Positions 7,233-16,517 of a stretch of 32,000 nucleotides of DNA are shown in pieces. Every line of letters starts with the position of its first letter. Position 1 is the stretch's first letter. Source of the stretch: an uncultured archaeon (GTDB lineage Archaea; Iainarchaeota; Iainarchaeia; Iainarchaeales; 0-14-0-20-30-16). The translations under genes and the position numbers were made by a program. The notes under the pieces are model-generated. The model made no database searches. It was not told the origin of the DNA and saw only the letters and a program-made list of their open reading frames with translations. The stretch is from contig CAZQQS010000001.1 of assembly GCA_964595665.1 (NCBI GenBank), positions 1 to 32,000 of the forward strand, in the 5' to 3' direction.

Positions 7233-8468
7233 TTACACCAATTTAATTATTTCTTTTGCTAATTTATTAGAATCGTGTCTAACTATATTTTTATTGTTAA
7301 TAACATTTTTTTTTATAAATTTATAATTATTTTCTTTTATAGGTTCAATAAATTCTTTATTTTCTTTTAAATAATTTTTAATTATTCTTGCAGAAGGTTT
7401 TTTATTATTAAATAAAACATAATCTAATTTAATATATTTTTCTATCCAGTTAACATAATCTTCAGCTTTAAAATTATAACTTTCAGGATATTTTGTAAAA
7501 GTATTACAAACATATATTCTCTTAGCTTTACTTTTATTTATTAATTCAGACAAATTATCTACTAATAAATTTGGAATTATAGAACTAAATAAATCTCCTG
7601 GGCCTATTACTATAATATCTGCATTTTTAATTTGTTTTGGTATATCTAAATTTAATTTAACTTTTTTAGATAAATATATTTTTTTTATTCCTAAAGCCTT
7701 TTTATCAATATTAGTTTCACCATATATTTTAGAATTATCATTTAATATAGCTATTAATTCACATTTATCATAAGTTACAGGAAAAACATTTCCTCTGATT
7801 CTTAATAAATCTGAGAATTGAGATATTGCTTCTTTTAATCCTAAATCTTCAGTTAATTTTGTTAATACTAAGTTTCCTATAGGGTGATTTTTAAAATTAC
7901 TTTTATGAAATCTTAATTTGAAAATATTAGTTTGTTTTTCATTTAAAGTAGATAATGCTAAAATAGAATTTCTTAAATCTCCTGGAGGCAATATTCCAAA
8001 TTCTGTTTTTAATATTTGGCTTGAACCTCCAGAATCCATTGTAGTAACTATTGCAGATATATTAGAAGTATAATTTTTTAATCCATATAATGATGTATAT
8101 TGGCCTGTACCTCCGCCAATAGTAATAATTTTAGGACCTTTTGCTAATTTAGCTTCTAAAAATGTTTTTTCAAATAATTTTTCATTATACTTAGAAAAAT
8201 ATTTGTAGATTTTATAAATTGAATAAATTATTATGCCCAAAGCTAAAATAAAAATTATAAAGGCAATAAATGCTTTGGTAGAAGTATTAAAGTTTAATAT
8301 TGCTAAAAACTTAATACTTAAAAAAGAAATGAGTTTTGCCAAATAGGTATAAAAACCTATAATTATGGAGATAAATAGAATTATTAACCCAAACAAGATT
8401 GTAAAAATCCAAAATCTTAAATTATGGGCTAAAAATAAAGCTTTTTTAATTTGTTCTATTTTTGCCAT
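7233..8468 (-). CDS. YvcK/CofD-family protein (UPF0052, COG0391) with an N-terminal membrane domain of about 100 aa
   Basis: The motifs ITIGGGTGQ and TTMDSGGSSQILKTEFGILPPGDLRNSILAL are characteristic of the YvcK / 2-phospho-L-lactate-transferase-like family. Three hydrophobic helices precede the domain. Confidence 0.75.
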   Translation of the reverse strand: MAKIEQIKKALFLAHNLRFWIFTILFGLIILFISIIIGFYTYLAKLISFLSIKFLAILNFNTSTKAFIAFIIFILALGIIIYSIYKIYKYFSKYNEKLFEKTFLEAKLAKGPKIITIGGGTGQYTSLYGLKNYTSNISAIVTTMDSGGSSQILKTEFGILPPGDLRNSILALSTLNEKQTNIFKLRFHKSNFKNHPIGNLVLTKLTEDLGLKEAISQFSDLLRIRGNVFPVTYDKCELIAILNDNSKIYGETNIDKKALGIKKIYLSKKVKLNLDIPKQIKNADIIVIGPGDLFSSIIPNLLVDNLSELINKSKAKRIYVCNTFTKYPESYNFKAEDYVNWIEKYIKLDYVLFNNKKPSARIIKNYLKENKEFIEPIKENNYKFIKKNVINNKNIVRHDSNKLAKEIIKLV

Positions 8469-8534
8469 GTTAAATTTAAGTTTAAAGGTATATAAATATT
8501 ATTGTTATTATTATATACAACATTGTGATAGATT

Positions 8535-9644
8535 ATGGTTACTAATTTTGATTATGAGTATGCTAAAGCATTAAAACAATATGAGGACGCTAAAACCTTA
8601 CAGGATAAGGTTAAAGCATTGGAATTAATGCAAAGCACAGCACCAAGCCATAAAGGTGCTGAGAACTTAAGAGCCGATATTGCTTCTAAGTTATCTAAAA
8701 TGCGAGTGAAAGCAGATTCTCAAAGACAATTAAAAGGAGCTGGAAAATCATTAAAATTCTCTAAAGATGGAGCGGCAACTATAATTGTTATTGGTTTGCC
8801 AAATGCTGGAAAAAGCACTTTATTAACTAAATTAACTAATGCTACACCTAAAATAAGTGAATATGAATTTACAACTCAAAATCCAGAATTAGGAGTAATG
8901 GACTATTTAGGGGCTAAAATTCAAATGGTAGAATTACCAGCAATTGTAAAAAATAGTTATAAAGGCAAAGCAAGAGGAAAAGAAGTTTTAAGTTTAATTA
9001 GAAATGGAGATTTGGTTGCGATTGTTTTTTTTGGAGATTTAGCTGTAGCACAATACTCATTAAACATAATTTTAGAAGAATTAGATAAATCAGGAATTAT
9101 AATAAATAAAAAAAGACCTGAAATAAATGTTAAAAAAACTGGACAAGAAGGTATAGAAATAGTAAATGAGAAAAATGTTATTGAAGGAAAAGAAAATTTA
9201 TTAGAATTATTGCAAAAAGAAGGGGTATCTCACGTAACTATTAGAGTTGAAGAAAAAGCACATGCTTCAGATATTGTAGAAGCTATGGATATTACAAAAT
9301 CTTATAAAACAGTTGTTGGAATATGGTTAGATGGTGTTAAAGATTTTAAGTATAAAGGTGTAAATGTATATGCTTTTAATAATAAATTAAAAGAAAAATT
9401 GTATAAGGATTTAGATTTGATTATTATTTATACAAGAAAACCTGGTGAAAAGAATTTAGATAATGTTCCTGTTGCTTTAAAACGAAATGCAAACATTAAA
9501 GATTTGTGCAATATTTTGCATAATGATTTTATTAGTAAATTTAAATTTGCTAAAGTTTGGGGTTCAACAAAATATGCTGGGCAACAAGTGTCTCAAGATT
9601 ATATTTTAAAAGATAAAGATATAGTTGAAATATATGTGAAGTGA
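8535..9644 (+). CDS. DRG-type (Obg-family) GTP-binding protein with a C-terminal TGS domain
   Basis: The G1 motif is GLPNAGKSTLL, followed by EYEFTTQNPELGVM (G2 region). The C-terminal IIYTRKPGE...VWGSTKYAGQQVSQDYILKDKDIVEI is TGS-like. The length is typical of archaeal Drg proteins. Confidence 0.85.
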   Translation: MVTNFDYEYAKALKQYEDAKTLQDKVKALELMQSTAPSHKGAENLRADIASKLSKMRVKADSQRQLKGAGKSLKFSKDGAATIIVIGLPNAGKSTLLTKLTNATPKISEYEFTTQNPELGVMDYLGAKIQMVELPAIVKNSYKGKARGKEVLSLIRNGDLVAIVFFGDLAVAQYSLNIILEELDKSGIIINKKRPEINVKKTGQEGIEIVNEKNVIEGKENLLELLQKEGVSHVTIRVEEKAHASDIVEAMDITKSYKTVVGIWLDGVKDFKYKGVNVYAFNNKLKEKLYKDLDLIIIYTRKPGEKNLDNVPVALKRNANIKDLCNILHNDFISKFKFAKVWGSTKYAGQQVSQDYILKDKDIVEIYVK

Positions 9645-9648
9645 TTTT

Positions 9649-10059
9649 ATGGATAAATTGAAAAAAGCATTAAATATTGTAATAATATTTTTTATAGTTT
9701 TAGAAATAGCATTATCTTTATATTTAATTTTAAATTCTTCTAAACCTGTTGATGTTTGTATTATAGGAAAATCTTGTGATGCTGTTCAAAGTAGTATTTA
9801 TGGAAGTATATTAGGAATAAAAGTAGCCTATATTGCAATATTAGCATTTATTTTATTATTATCTTTTAAATTCATTCATAAAAAGATTTTTTTATTTGCA
9901 ACTTGTATAGGGGCATTAATTGCATTGTATTTTATTTCAATACAGTTATTTGTCTTAAAACAAATTTGTAGTACTTGTTTAATAATTGATTCAATAATGG
10001 TAGGAATTTTATTATTAGTGTTATTAGAATTGTTTATTGCAAAGCGAATTAAGCTCTAA
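9649..10059 (+). CDS. Vitamin K epoxide reductase (VKOR)-like membrane thiol oxidoreductase
   Basis: Four TM segments. The loop cysteine pair C-x6-C (VCIIGKSCDAVQSSIYGSILGI) is followed by a CxxC motif (ICSTCL) inside a later TM helix, which matches VKOR architecture. Confidence 0.6.
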   Translation: MDKLKKALNIVIIFFIVLEIALSLYLILNSSKPVDVCIIGKSCDAVQSSIYGSILGIKVAYIAILAFILLLSFKFIHKKIFLFATCIGALIALYFISIQLFVLKQICSTCLIIDSIMVGILLLVLLELFIAKRIKL

Positions 10060-10717
10060 TTTTATTTAATTCTTGTTTAATTTCTTTTTTAGTAACAGTA
10101 AATAATTTATCAGCATCAAAAAATAATCCTGTTTCTAATACTCCTGGTAATTGTTTTAATTTAAAATCGAAATCTTCAAAATCAAAATATTTTATATTTA
10201 ATTGTAAATCTAATAAATAATTACTTTCTAAAGTTTTTACTTTGTTACCTAACGGGCTTTTTCTTATATTTGTTTGCCCAAAATTAAATAATTCTGTTTC
10301 AATTAAAGGTAATCCAAATTTAGATACTTCTAAAGGTATTGCAGGTAAATTTTTATTGTAATTTTCTTTATCTACAAATACAAAACAATTTTTAGTATAT
10401 TTGGCAATTAATTTATCTCTTATTAAACTTTGGGTATTTGTTTTAACATAATTAAAATATTTATCTGCATAATCTGCAAATTCAATAGTTAAATCGATTC
10501 TTTTTTTTAATGGCACAATTTTCATTTCAAATTCTCTAGCTAATTCAGCAATATCTATACTTGTTGGTATAATGCTTACATCTAATTCTTGAATTATATT
10601 TGTAATTGCTAATTCTTTTAATACTTTGTAAGAAGTTTTGCTTGTGCCTAAAGCAATAGTATATTTTGGTTTGATATTATGAATAATAAAATTTCTAATG
10701 TATTTTGTATCTAACAT
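10049..10717 (-). CDS. rpiA: Divergent ribose-5-phosphate isomerase A-like protein
   Basis: IALGTSKTS (compare GLGTGST), IPLEVSKFG, and the C-terminal LPGVLETGLF (compare iPGVvEtGLF) match the RpiA layout. The central catalytic motifs are diverged. Confidence 0.55.
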   Translation of the reverse strand: MLDTKYIRNFIIHNIKPKYTIALGTSKTSYKVLKELAITNIIQELDVSIIPTSIDIAELAREFEMKIVPLKKRIDLTIEFADYADKYFNYVKTNTQSLIRDKLIAKYTKNCFVFVDKENYNKNLPAIPLEVSKFGLPLIETELFNFGQTNIRKSPLGNKVKTLESNYLLDLQLNIKYFDFEDFDFKLKQLPGVLETGLFFDADKLFTVTKKEIKQELNKIRA

Positions 10718-10725
10718 AATTTCAC

Positions 10726-12009
10726 CTAAAACTCAATATTGATTTCTTTTTCATCTTTTTTCTCTGTTTTGATTTTATGCTTTTTAATATAATCGATAAC
10801 AAATATAACTATTAATATTAATACTAACCCAATTGCAATTATCCAAAGTATATTTAATTTATTATCCTCTTCAGTTGTATTTTGGATATATTGATAATTA
10901 TTTGTATTTACATCTAAATATCCTTGTTTTATTAAATTTAATCCAAAATCAATTAATGTTGGAATTTGTCTTGCAGAGCTTTTATAATTTTTATTTTCAT
11001 AATCTGTAATCATTTCATTGTATTTGGTAATAAATATATTTGTTTCTTCTTGATTTTTCCATTGTGCTTTTTGATTTATTATATAATCAAATAATTCTTT
11101 AGCATTATTTATTTTTTGTGCTTTTACAATTTTCTCGTTTTTTTCAAAATATGGTTTTAAAAAGATTATCTTTTCAACTCTTGCGTTCCAATTTTCTAAT
11201 AATTTATCTATAGTGTTTACTTCTTCAGAATATTCTTTCATACTTTTTAATTTTAAATAAATTGTTTTTAATTTTGCATTATATTTTGGAATTTCTTCTA
11301 ATTCTTTTGGTAAGAGTAAAATATTGTTGCCAATATTACTTTTTGCTTCTGCAGAAATATTTGCATCTAATAAATTCATTTTTAATTCAAAAATAGATTG
11401 ATCTAATAAACTTAATATTTCTAATGTTTTATTTACATTAGTTTCTAAGTTTGTAGCGGTATTACTTAAATTATTAATATTTGAATATTCTTTTTTAGTA
11501 TATGAATCCAAATCATTTAATTCTTTAGATATGTCTAAACTAACTTCACCTAAATCTTTTGTTCTTGTTTGAATATTTGTTAAACCAGTAATAATATCTT
11601 TTTCATTAGGCCAATTTTGGGTTAATTGTATTTTTGTTAAATCTAATTGATAATTAAAACTATCTGTTGTTTTTGGGATTGTTTGATAAAAATAAATTAA
11701 ATTATAAGTATCAAAAGTTTCTAAATTTAAAAAATATAAATATGTTTTCACAACTGTTTTGTAGGTATCTTGAGAAACAAGATTTTCTGAATTGGTATCT
11801 TGTATAATTAATAATTGGTTATTTGAGGTTTCTAAAACCCAGTAATTTTTAGAATATTTTATTTCTGTAGATTTTAAAATAGTTTCATTATCTAAAGGAT
11901 TTAATAAATAAGATTCAGATGCAAATTTATTAACTTCATTTACATTTAATGCAGAAATATTAAATAAGAAAAATAAAATTAAAATTATTGGAAAAATTCT
12001 TCTAAACAT
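10726..12009 (-). CDS. Hypothetical secreted, C-terminally membrane-anchored coiled-coil protein
   Basis: The N-terminal signal-like segment is MFRRIFPIILILFFLFNISA. The middle is long and Asn/Lys/Glu-rich with a helical character. The C-terminal TM segment is ILWIIAIGLVLILIVIFVI, followed by a Lys/Glu tail. Confidence 0.6.
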   Translation of the reverse strand: MFRRIFPIILILFFLFNISALNVNEVNKFASESYLLNPLDNETILKSTEIKYSKNYWVLETSNNQLLIIQDTNSENLVSQDTYKTVVKTYLYFLNLETFDTYNLIYFYQTIPKTTDSFNYQLDLTKIQLTQNWPNEKDIITGLTNIQTRTKDLGEVSLDISKELNDLDSYTKKEYSNINNLSNTATNLETNVNKTLEILSLLDQSIFELKMNLLDANISAEAKSNIGNNILLLPKELEEIPKYNAKLKTIYLKLKSMKEYSEEVNTIDKLLENWNARVEKIIFLKPYFEKNEKIVKAQKINNAKELFDYIINQKAQWKNQEETNIFITKYNEMITDYENKNYKSSARQIPTLIDFGLNLIKQGYLDVNTNNYQYIQNTTEEDNKLNILWIIAIGLVLILIVIFVIDYIKKHKIKTEKKDEKEINIEF

Positions 12010-12010
12010 A

Positions 12011-12424
12011 TTAATCCTTTTTTAATAATTCTTTAATTTGTTTATAAGTAACATATTCTAAAGGATTTATTGCATCAACTAAGTATTTTATTTCTTGAAA
12101 TTCTTTTCTTGTAATATAATCTGATTTAGAATTATCTATTTTATTTACAACTTCATCAATTTCCTGCCTTATTCCAGAAATTTTATTATATAATTCAGAA
12201 ATTTGTGCTTTTATTGTATCCAATTCTTCAAAACTTTGTGTGCTTTTATTTATTTCAGAAGCATTATTTAATTTATCTTCTAATTTTTTAATTTTTTCAT
12301 TTAATACTAAAATGTTTTGACTAAGAATTTTTTCATTTCTAACTAAATATCCAATTTTTTGAGATAAAAGCATAATTGTTGCATTAATTGCTTTTACATT
12401 TGTGTTTGCTACATCTTCAGGCAT
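12011..12424 (-). CDS. Hypothetical coiled-coil protein (137 aa)
   Basis: Clean ORF that ends 1 nt before the next minus-strand gene. The sequence is heptad-like and rich in Lys/Glu/Ile. No family was recognised. Confidence 0.5.
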   Translation of the reverse strand: MPEDVANTNVKAINATIMLLSQKIGYLVRNEKILSQNILVLNEKIKKLEDKLNNASEINKSTQSFEELDTIKAQISELYNKISGIRQEIDEVVNKIDNSKSDYITRKEFQEIKYLVDAINPLEYVTYKQIKELLKKD

Positions 12425-12510
12425 AATATCACTTCAAAATAAATAACATATATAAATTAATAAAGTATATATATTTTTCTAGTTTAAATATAAATCTTAA
12501 ATGATCACTT

Positions 12511-13518
12511 ATGTTAAATATCTCTGATAAATTAAAACAAGATTTGCAAAATAAGCATTATGGTGTTTATAATCATTCGGCAGTTCAGATATGTGAGTGG
12601 ACTAAGAAATCTTTGAGAAATGAGGGTGAATGTTATAAAAATCAATTTTATGGGGTAGAAACTTATTCTTGCGCGCAAATATCTCCTAATGTTATGTGGT
12701 GTGATCAAAATTGTATTTTTTGTTGGAGACCCGCAGAAAACATGTTAAAAAAAGAAATTAAAGAAGAGGTTGACTCACCAAAAGATATAATTGAAAATTT
12801 ATTAAAAGAAAAATACAAATTATTAACTGGATTTAAAGGTTTAGAAAAAGTAAATAAAGATAAATTAAAAATTGCATTAAATGAATTTCCAAGCCATTGG
12901 GCTATTTCGCTTTCAGGCGAACCTACATTATATCCTAAATTATCTGAATTGATAAAAGAATTAAGAAAACATAAGGCGAAATCAATATTTGTAGTAAGTA
13001 ATGGTCAAAACCCTAAAGTAATTAAAGATTTGACGAAAAAAACTTTGCCCACTCAATTATATATTTCATTAGATGCTTGGGATGAAAAATCTTATAGAGA
13101 GATAAATAAAGGAATAAGAAAGGATGGTTGGGAAAGATTGTTAAAAACTTTAAATATGTTAGGAAAACTAAAAACTCGAACAGTAATTAGATTAACAGTA
13201 ATTAAAGGATTAAATGATTCAAAAAAAGCAATAAAAGAATTTGCTCGAATAATTGATAAATCCAATCCTGATTTTTTAGAAGTAAAAAGTTATATGCATT
13301 TAGGTTATAGTAGAGAGCGATTGGCAAGAGAGAATATGCCTTCAAATGAAGATTTAAATGAATTTTGTAAAGAATTAGAGAAAAGCTTAAAGAATTTGAA
13401 ATTTGAAGATAAATGTTTACCTTCAAAAATTATATTGTATATGAATACTGGTAAGAATAGGGAAAAGAAAAAACCTAATAGGTGGATTATTCCAAAAAGT
13501 AAATGGCGAGTAAAGTAA
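12511..13518 (+). CDS. taw1: tRNA 4-demethylwyosine synthase (radical SAM, Taw1/TYW1)
   Basis: KHYGVYNHSAVQICEWTKKSL...CYKNQFYGVETYSCAQISPNVMWCDQNCIFCWR reproduces the archaeal TYW1 N-terminal Cys motifs and the radical-SAM CxxxCxxC cluster. Confidence 0.85.
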   Translation: MLNISDKLKQDLQNKHYGVYNHSAVQICEWTKKSLRNEGECYKNQFYGVETYSCAQISPNVMWCDQNCIFCWRPAENMLKKEIKEEVDSPKDIIENLLKEKYKLLTGFKGLEKVNKDKLKIALNEFPSHWAISLSGEPTLYPKLSELIKELRKHKAKSIFVVSNGQNPKVIKDLTKKTLPTQLYISLDAWDEKSYREINKGIRKDGWERLLKTLNMLGKLKTRTVIRLTVIKGLNDSKKAIKEFARIIDKSNPDFLEVKSYMHLGYSRERLARENMPSNEDLNEFCKELEKSLKNLKFEDKCLPSKIILYMNTGKNREKKKPNRWIIPKSKWRVK

Positions 13519-13578
13519 TCTAAAAAGCAATATTTAAAAGCACATCGTTATATAAGTGTATATAACTAAGTGATTTTT

Positions 13579-13869
13579 ATGGTTGTTAAAAAAGATATTA
13601 AATTAGTAAAAAAAGAAATATTGCATTATCCTCAATTGGATTCTGTTTTAATGGTTGAAGATTTTTTACAAGGTATGAAAGATAATTATACTAAAAAACA
13701 AGTGTGGCAAAGATTACCTAAGAAAATGATGTATCAAACCTTTTGTGTTATTTTAGATTATTTGGAGAAATCAAATAAAATTGCTTATGATTCTAAAGGT
13801 AATGTTGTTTGGATATTTTTTGATAAAAAAAATCCATTAATTAATTTAGGTCAGAGTGTTGAAGTATGA
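13579..13869 (+). CDS. Small winged-helix-like protein, candidate antitoxin or regulator of the downstream RelE/ParE-like gene
   Basis: AGTGAT precedes ATG 13579; the ORF-track start at 13570 is the GTG inside that SD. The gene overlaps the next one by 4 nt (gtATGa). The internal segment YQTFCVILDYLEKSNKIAYDSKGNVVW looks like a wHTH wing. The family assignment is weak. Confidence 0.45.
   Translation: MVVKKDIKLVKKEILHYPQLDSVLMVEDFLQGMKDNYTKKQVWQRLPKKMMYQTFCVILDYLEKSNKIAYDSKGNVVWIFFDKKNPLINLGQSVEV
13830..13864 (+). repeat. 35-nt exact direct repeat, copy 2 (partner at 2052-2086)
   Basis: It has the same 35-mer as 2052-2086. Here it encodes the last residues (NPLINLGQSVE) of the antitoxin-like ORF and ends 1 nt before the toxin ATG. 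Confidence 0.9.
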
Positions 13870-14213
13870 ATTGTAGAGTAAAACTATCTCCCGAGTTATA
13901 TAAATATTATGAGAAAATCGAATTGGAAGTTAAGCAAGGCAAAATGGTTAATGAAAGAGAATATAAATTGATTTGTAAAGGTATTGAATTATTAAAAGAA
14001 GATTTCCGAAAAGGAATGCACATAAGTAAAAAGAATGTAAGTGCTTATGAATATTTTATTAAAAAATATAATGTAAAGAATTTATGGAAATTAGATGTTA
14101 GTAAGGATTGGAGATTAATTTACACAGTTGAAGGTAATGAAATAGAAGTAATTTCGTTTATTTTAGAATCATTAAGCCATAAAGAGTATGAAAGAAAACT
14201 GGGTTATCATTAA
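13866..14213 (+). CDS. RelE/ParE-superfamily toxin-like protein
   Basis: The C-terminal core LWKLDVSKDWRLIYTVEGNEIEVISFILESLSHKEYERK matches the RelE/ParE pattern (w.l.v..dyRliY.v....i.vl.i..H..Y). It is translationally coupled to the upstream small ORF. Confidence 0.6.
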   Translation: MNCRVKLSPELYKYYEKIELEVKQGKMVNEREYKLICKGIELLKEDFRKGMHISKKNVSAYEYFIKKYNVKNLWKLDVSKDWRLIYTVEGNEIEVISFILESLSHKEYERKLGYH

Positions 14214-14429
14214 TTCGTTATGTTAATTTTACTTTCTTAACTCTACATTTATAAACCTTTCTGTATGTAAATATATTATTAATATTTGAGTTGGGACTCA
14301 GATATGTTTGTCGATTTCTTGATTTCAAGTAATTTTGGATTAAAATTATAATGTTAAAATAACTGTGCTAATTAATTTAGCAAATACAAAAAAGTAATTA
14401 AAATGTATAAATGATGAAAAGGTGTAATA

Positions 14430-15425
14430 ATGGGTAAAACAAGTAAGCCAAAGGCAGGATCTGTTGCATATTATCCTAGGGTTAGAGCAAAAACAATGAT
14501 TCCTAAGTTTAATAGTATGACTATGCCTAAAGAAGATGGTGTTAAAGTATTAAATTATTATGGTTATAAAGTTGGTATGTTGCATGTTATGGCAATAAAC
14601 AAACATAAAGGATCTCCGTTTAATAATCAAAAAGTAGCTATTTCTTCAACTTTAGTAGAATTTCCTCCAATAACTATATTAGGAGTAAGATTTTATGGTG
14701 GTAGAATAAAAAGAGCTATGAAAGATTTCGTATTCTCTTCAAAAGCAGGTAAATTTTTGAATAAAAGATTAACTGGAATAAACAAAGCTAAAGAAAAGGG
14801 AGACTTATTAAAAACAGCAATAGAATATTTGGATGCAAATAAAGCAAAAATTAAGAATTTAGCTTTAATAGCTCAAACTCATCCAGAAAAAACTACGATT
14901 GGAAAGAAATCTCCAGAAGTAGTAGAATTACATTTATCAGGAAAACCAGAAGAACAATTCGAATTTTTTAAAGAAAGATTAGGTAAAGATTTAGAATTTG
15001 ATGATTTTGGAAAAGAAAATATGTTTTTAGACATTAAAGGAGTAACTGTTGGAAAAGGTTTCCAAGGTGTTATTAAAAGATTTGGTGTTAAAAGATTAAG
15101 CCATAAATCTGAAAAAGGTGTTAGAGGAGTAGGTTCAATTGGACCATGGAATCCACCTTTAGTAATGAGTACAGTTCCAAGACCAGGACAATTAGGTTGT
15201 CAAAATAGAGTTCAAGCTAATCAAAAAGTATTGAAAATAGTAGATGCTAAAGATGTAGCTAAGAAAGCTGGTTGGGAAGATTATGGAGCAGTTAGAAATA
15301 AATCAGTAATTATTACAGGTACTTTACCAGGACATGTAAAAAGATTATTGGCTTTTAGATATGCAAGTAGAAAATATAAGGATGTAAAGACAGATATTTC
15401 TGAAATTACAAATATTGTTTTTTAA
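14430..15425 (+). CDS. rpl3: 50S ribosomal protein uL3
   Basis: The N-terminus KPKAGSVAYYPRVRAK, the FQGVIKRFGV motif and the position as first gene of the archaeal cluster support the call. AAGGTG precedes the ATG. Confidence 0.9.
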   Translation: MGKTSKPKAGSVAYYPRVRAKTMIPKFNSMTMPKEDGVKVLNYYGYKVGMLHVMAINKHKGSPFNNQKVAISSTLVEFPPITILGVRFYGGRIKRAMKDFVFSSKAGKFLNKRLTGINKAKEKGDLLKTAIEYLDANKAKIKNLALIAQTHPEKTTIGKKSPEVVELHLSGKPEEQFEFFKERLGKDLEFDDFGKENMFLDIKGVTVGKGFQGVIKRFGVKRLSHKSEKGVRGVGSIGPWNPPLVMSTVPRPGQLGCQNRVQANQKVLKIVDAKDVAKKAGWEDYGAVRNKSVIITGTLPGHVKRLLAFRYASRKYKDVKTDISEITNIVF

Positions 15426-15434
15426 GGGATTATT

Positions 15435-16241
15435 ATGGAAGTAAATATTTACAAGTTAGATGGTTCAGTTCAGGAAAAAGTTAAATTACCAGAAGTATTT
15501 AACACACCTTACAGACCAAGAATAATTAATAGAGCTGTTTTAGCTGCAGATAGTGCAAAAATACAACCAAAGGGTGCAAGCTTTATGGCTGGTCGTCACA
15601 CTACAGCTGTATATATTGGTAGAAGAGCAGATCCTGAAGCATTAATTAATAAGGGTGTTGCAAGAAAACCAAGAGCTAAGAATAGAAAGAGATTATTAGA
15701 AGGTAATGTTAGAGGTATTCCAGGAACTGTTGCAGGTCCAAGAGCACATCCATTAAAACCTGAAGAAATTCAAAAAGAAGAAATTAATAAAAAAGAAAGA
15801 ATATTAGCTTTAAAAAGTGCTTTAGGTGTTTTAAAAGATTTGGAAAAAGTTCAAAAAAGAGGACACAAATTTGATCCTAAATTAAGTTTACCTGTTGTTG
15901 TTGTTAATGATTTAGAAAACTTATCTAAAACTAAAGATGTTTTAAGTTTTATGAAAACTATTGGTATAGATGCTGATGTTGAAAGAGCTAAAGATAGAAA
16001 AACAATAAGAGCTGGAAAAGGTAAAGCAAGAGGAAGAAGATATAAAAGAGCAAAATCAGTTTTGTTTGTTGTATCTAAAGAAAAAACTGCTTTACAAAAA
16101 TCTGCTAGAAACTTAGAAGGTGTAAATATAGTTGCATTAAAGAATTTAAGTGCAAGAGATATTGCTCCCGGAGGATTAGCAGGTAGATTAACTGTATTTA
16201 GTAAAGATGCTTTAGAAAAAATTGTTGAAAGAGTAAGGTAG
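15435..16241 (+). CDS. rpl4: 50S ribosomal protein uL4
   Basis: The synteny position after uL3 fits. The archaeal L4 features RAGKGKARGRRYK and the length also fit. Confidence 0.9.
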   Translation: MEVNIYKLDGSVQEKVKLPEVFNTPYRPRIINRAVLAADSAKIQPKGASFMAGRHTTAVYIGRRADPEALINKGVARKPRAKNRKRLLEGNVRGIPGTVAGPRAHPLKPEEIQKEEINKKERILALKSALGVLKDLEKVQKRGHKFDPKLSLPVVVVNDLENLSKTKDVLSFMKTIGIDADVERAKDRKTIRAGKGKARGRRYKRAKSVLFVVSKEKTALQKSARNLEGVNIVALKNLSARDIAPGGLAGRLTVFSKDALEKIVERVR

Positions 16242-16246
16242 ATAAT

Positions 16247-16507
16247 ATGGAAAATTACGATGTTTTGTTATATCCTTTAATATCTGAAAAAGCAGTAAAT
16301 GCTGTTGAAGCAGAAAATAAAATTACTTTTGTAGTAAAAAAAACTGCAACTAAACAAGATATTAAAAGAGCTTTAGAAGAAGCTTACAAGGTAAAAGTAG
16401 ATAGTATTAATATTTTAAATGCTACTGATGGAAGAAAAAAGGCAATAATTAAATTGAATAAACAATTTAAAGCAAGTGAATTGTCTAATAAGTTAGGTAT
16501 GGTATAA
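16247..16507 (+). CDS. rpl23: 50S ribosomal protein uL23
   Basis: 86 aa. LYPLISEKAVN...ITFVVKKTATKQDIKRALEEAYKVKV is typical of L23. Synteny agrees. Confidence 0.9.
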   Translation: MENYDVLLYPLISEKAVNAVEAENKITFVVKKTATKQDIKRALEEAYKVKVDSINILNATDGRKKAIIKLNKQFKASELSNKLGMV

Positions 16508-16517
16508 GGGTGAGAAT

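Noticed and set aside
2052-13864. The two 35-nt direct repeats as att sites flanking an 11.8-kb integrated element
   Set aside because: The enclosed region carries core housekeeping genes (DRG GTPase, Taw1, RpiA-like, VKOR) and no integrase, transposase or viral genes. Both repeats lie inside ORFs, not at a tRNA or an intergenic target.
14214-14429. A tRNA or other structured RNA gene, or a definable promoter, in the 216-nt gap upstream of rpl3
   Set aside because: There is no GC-rich block of about 75 nt and no cloverleaf-compatible pairing. Only short hairpins were seen, such as tgagt-tggg-actca at about 14289-14302. Several TATA-like strings occur in this AT-rich spacer and cannot be told apart by eye. 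The repeated cassette is not present here.
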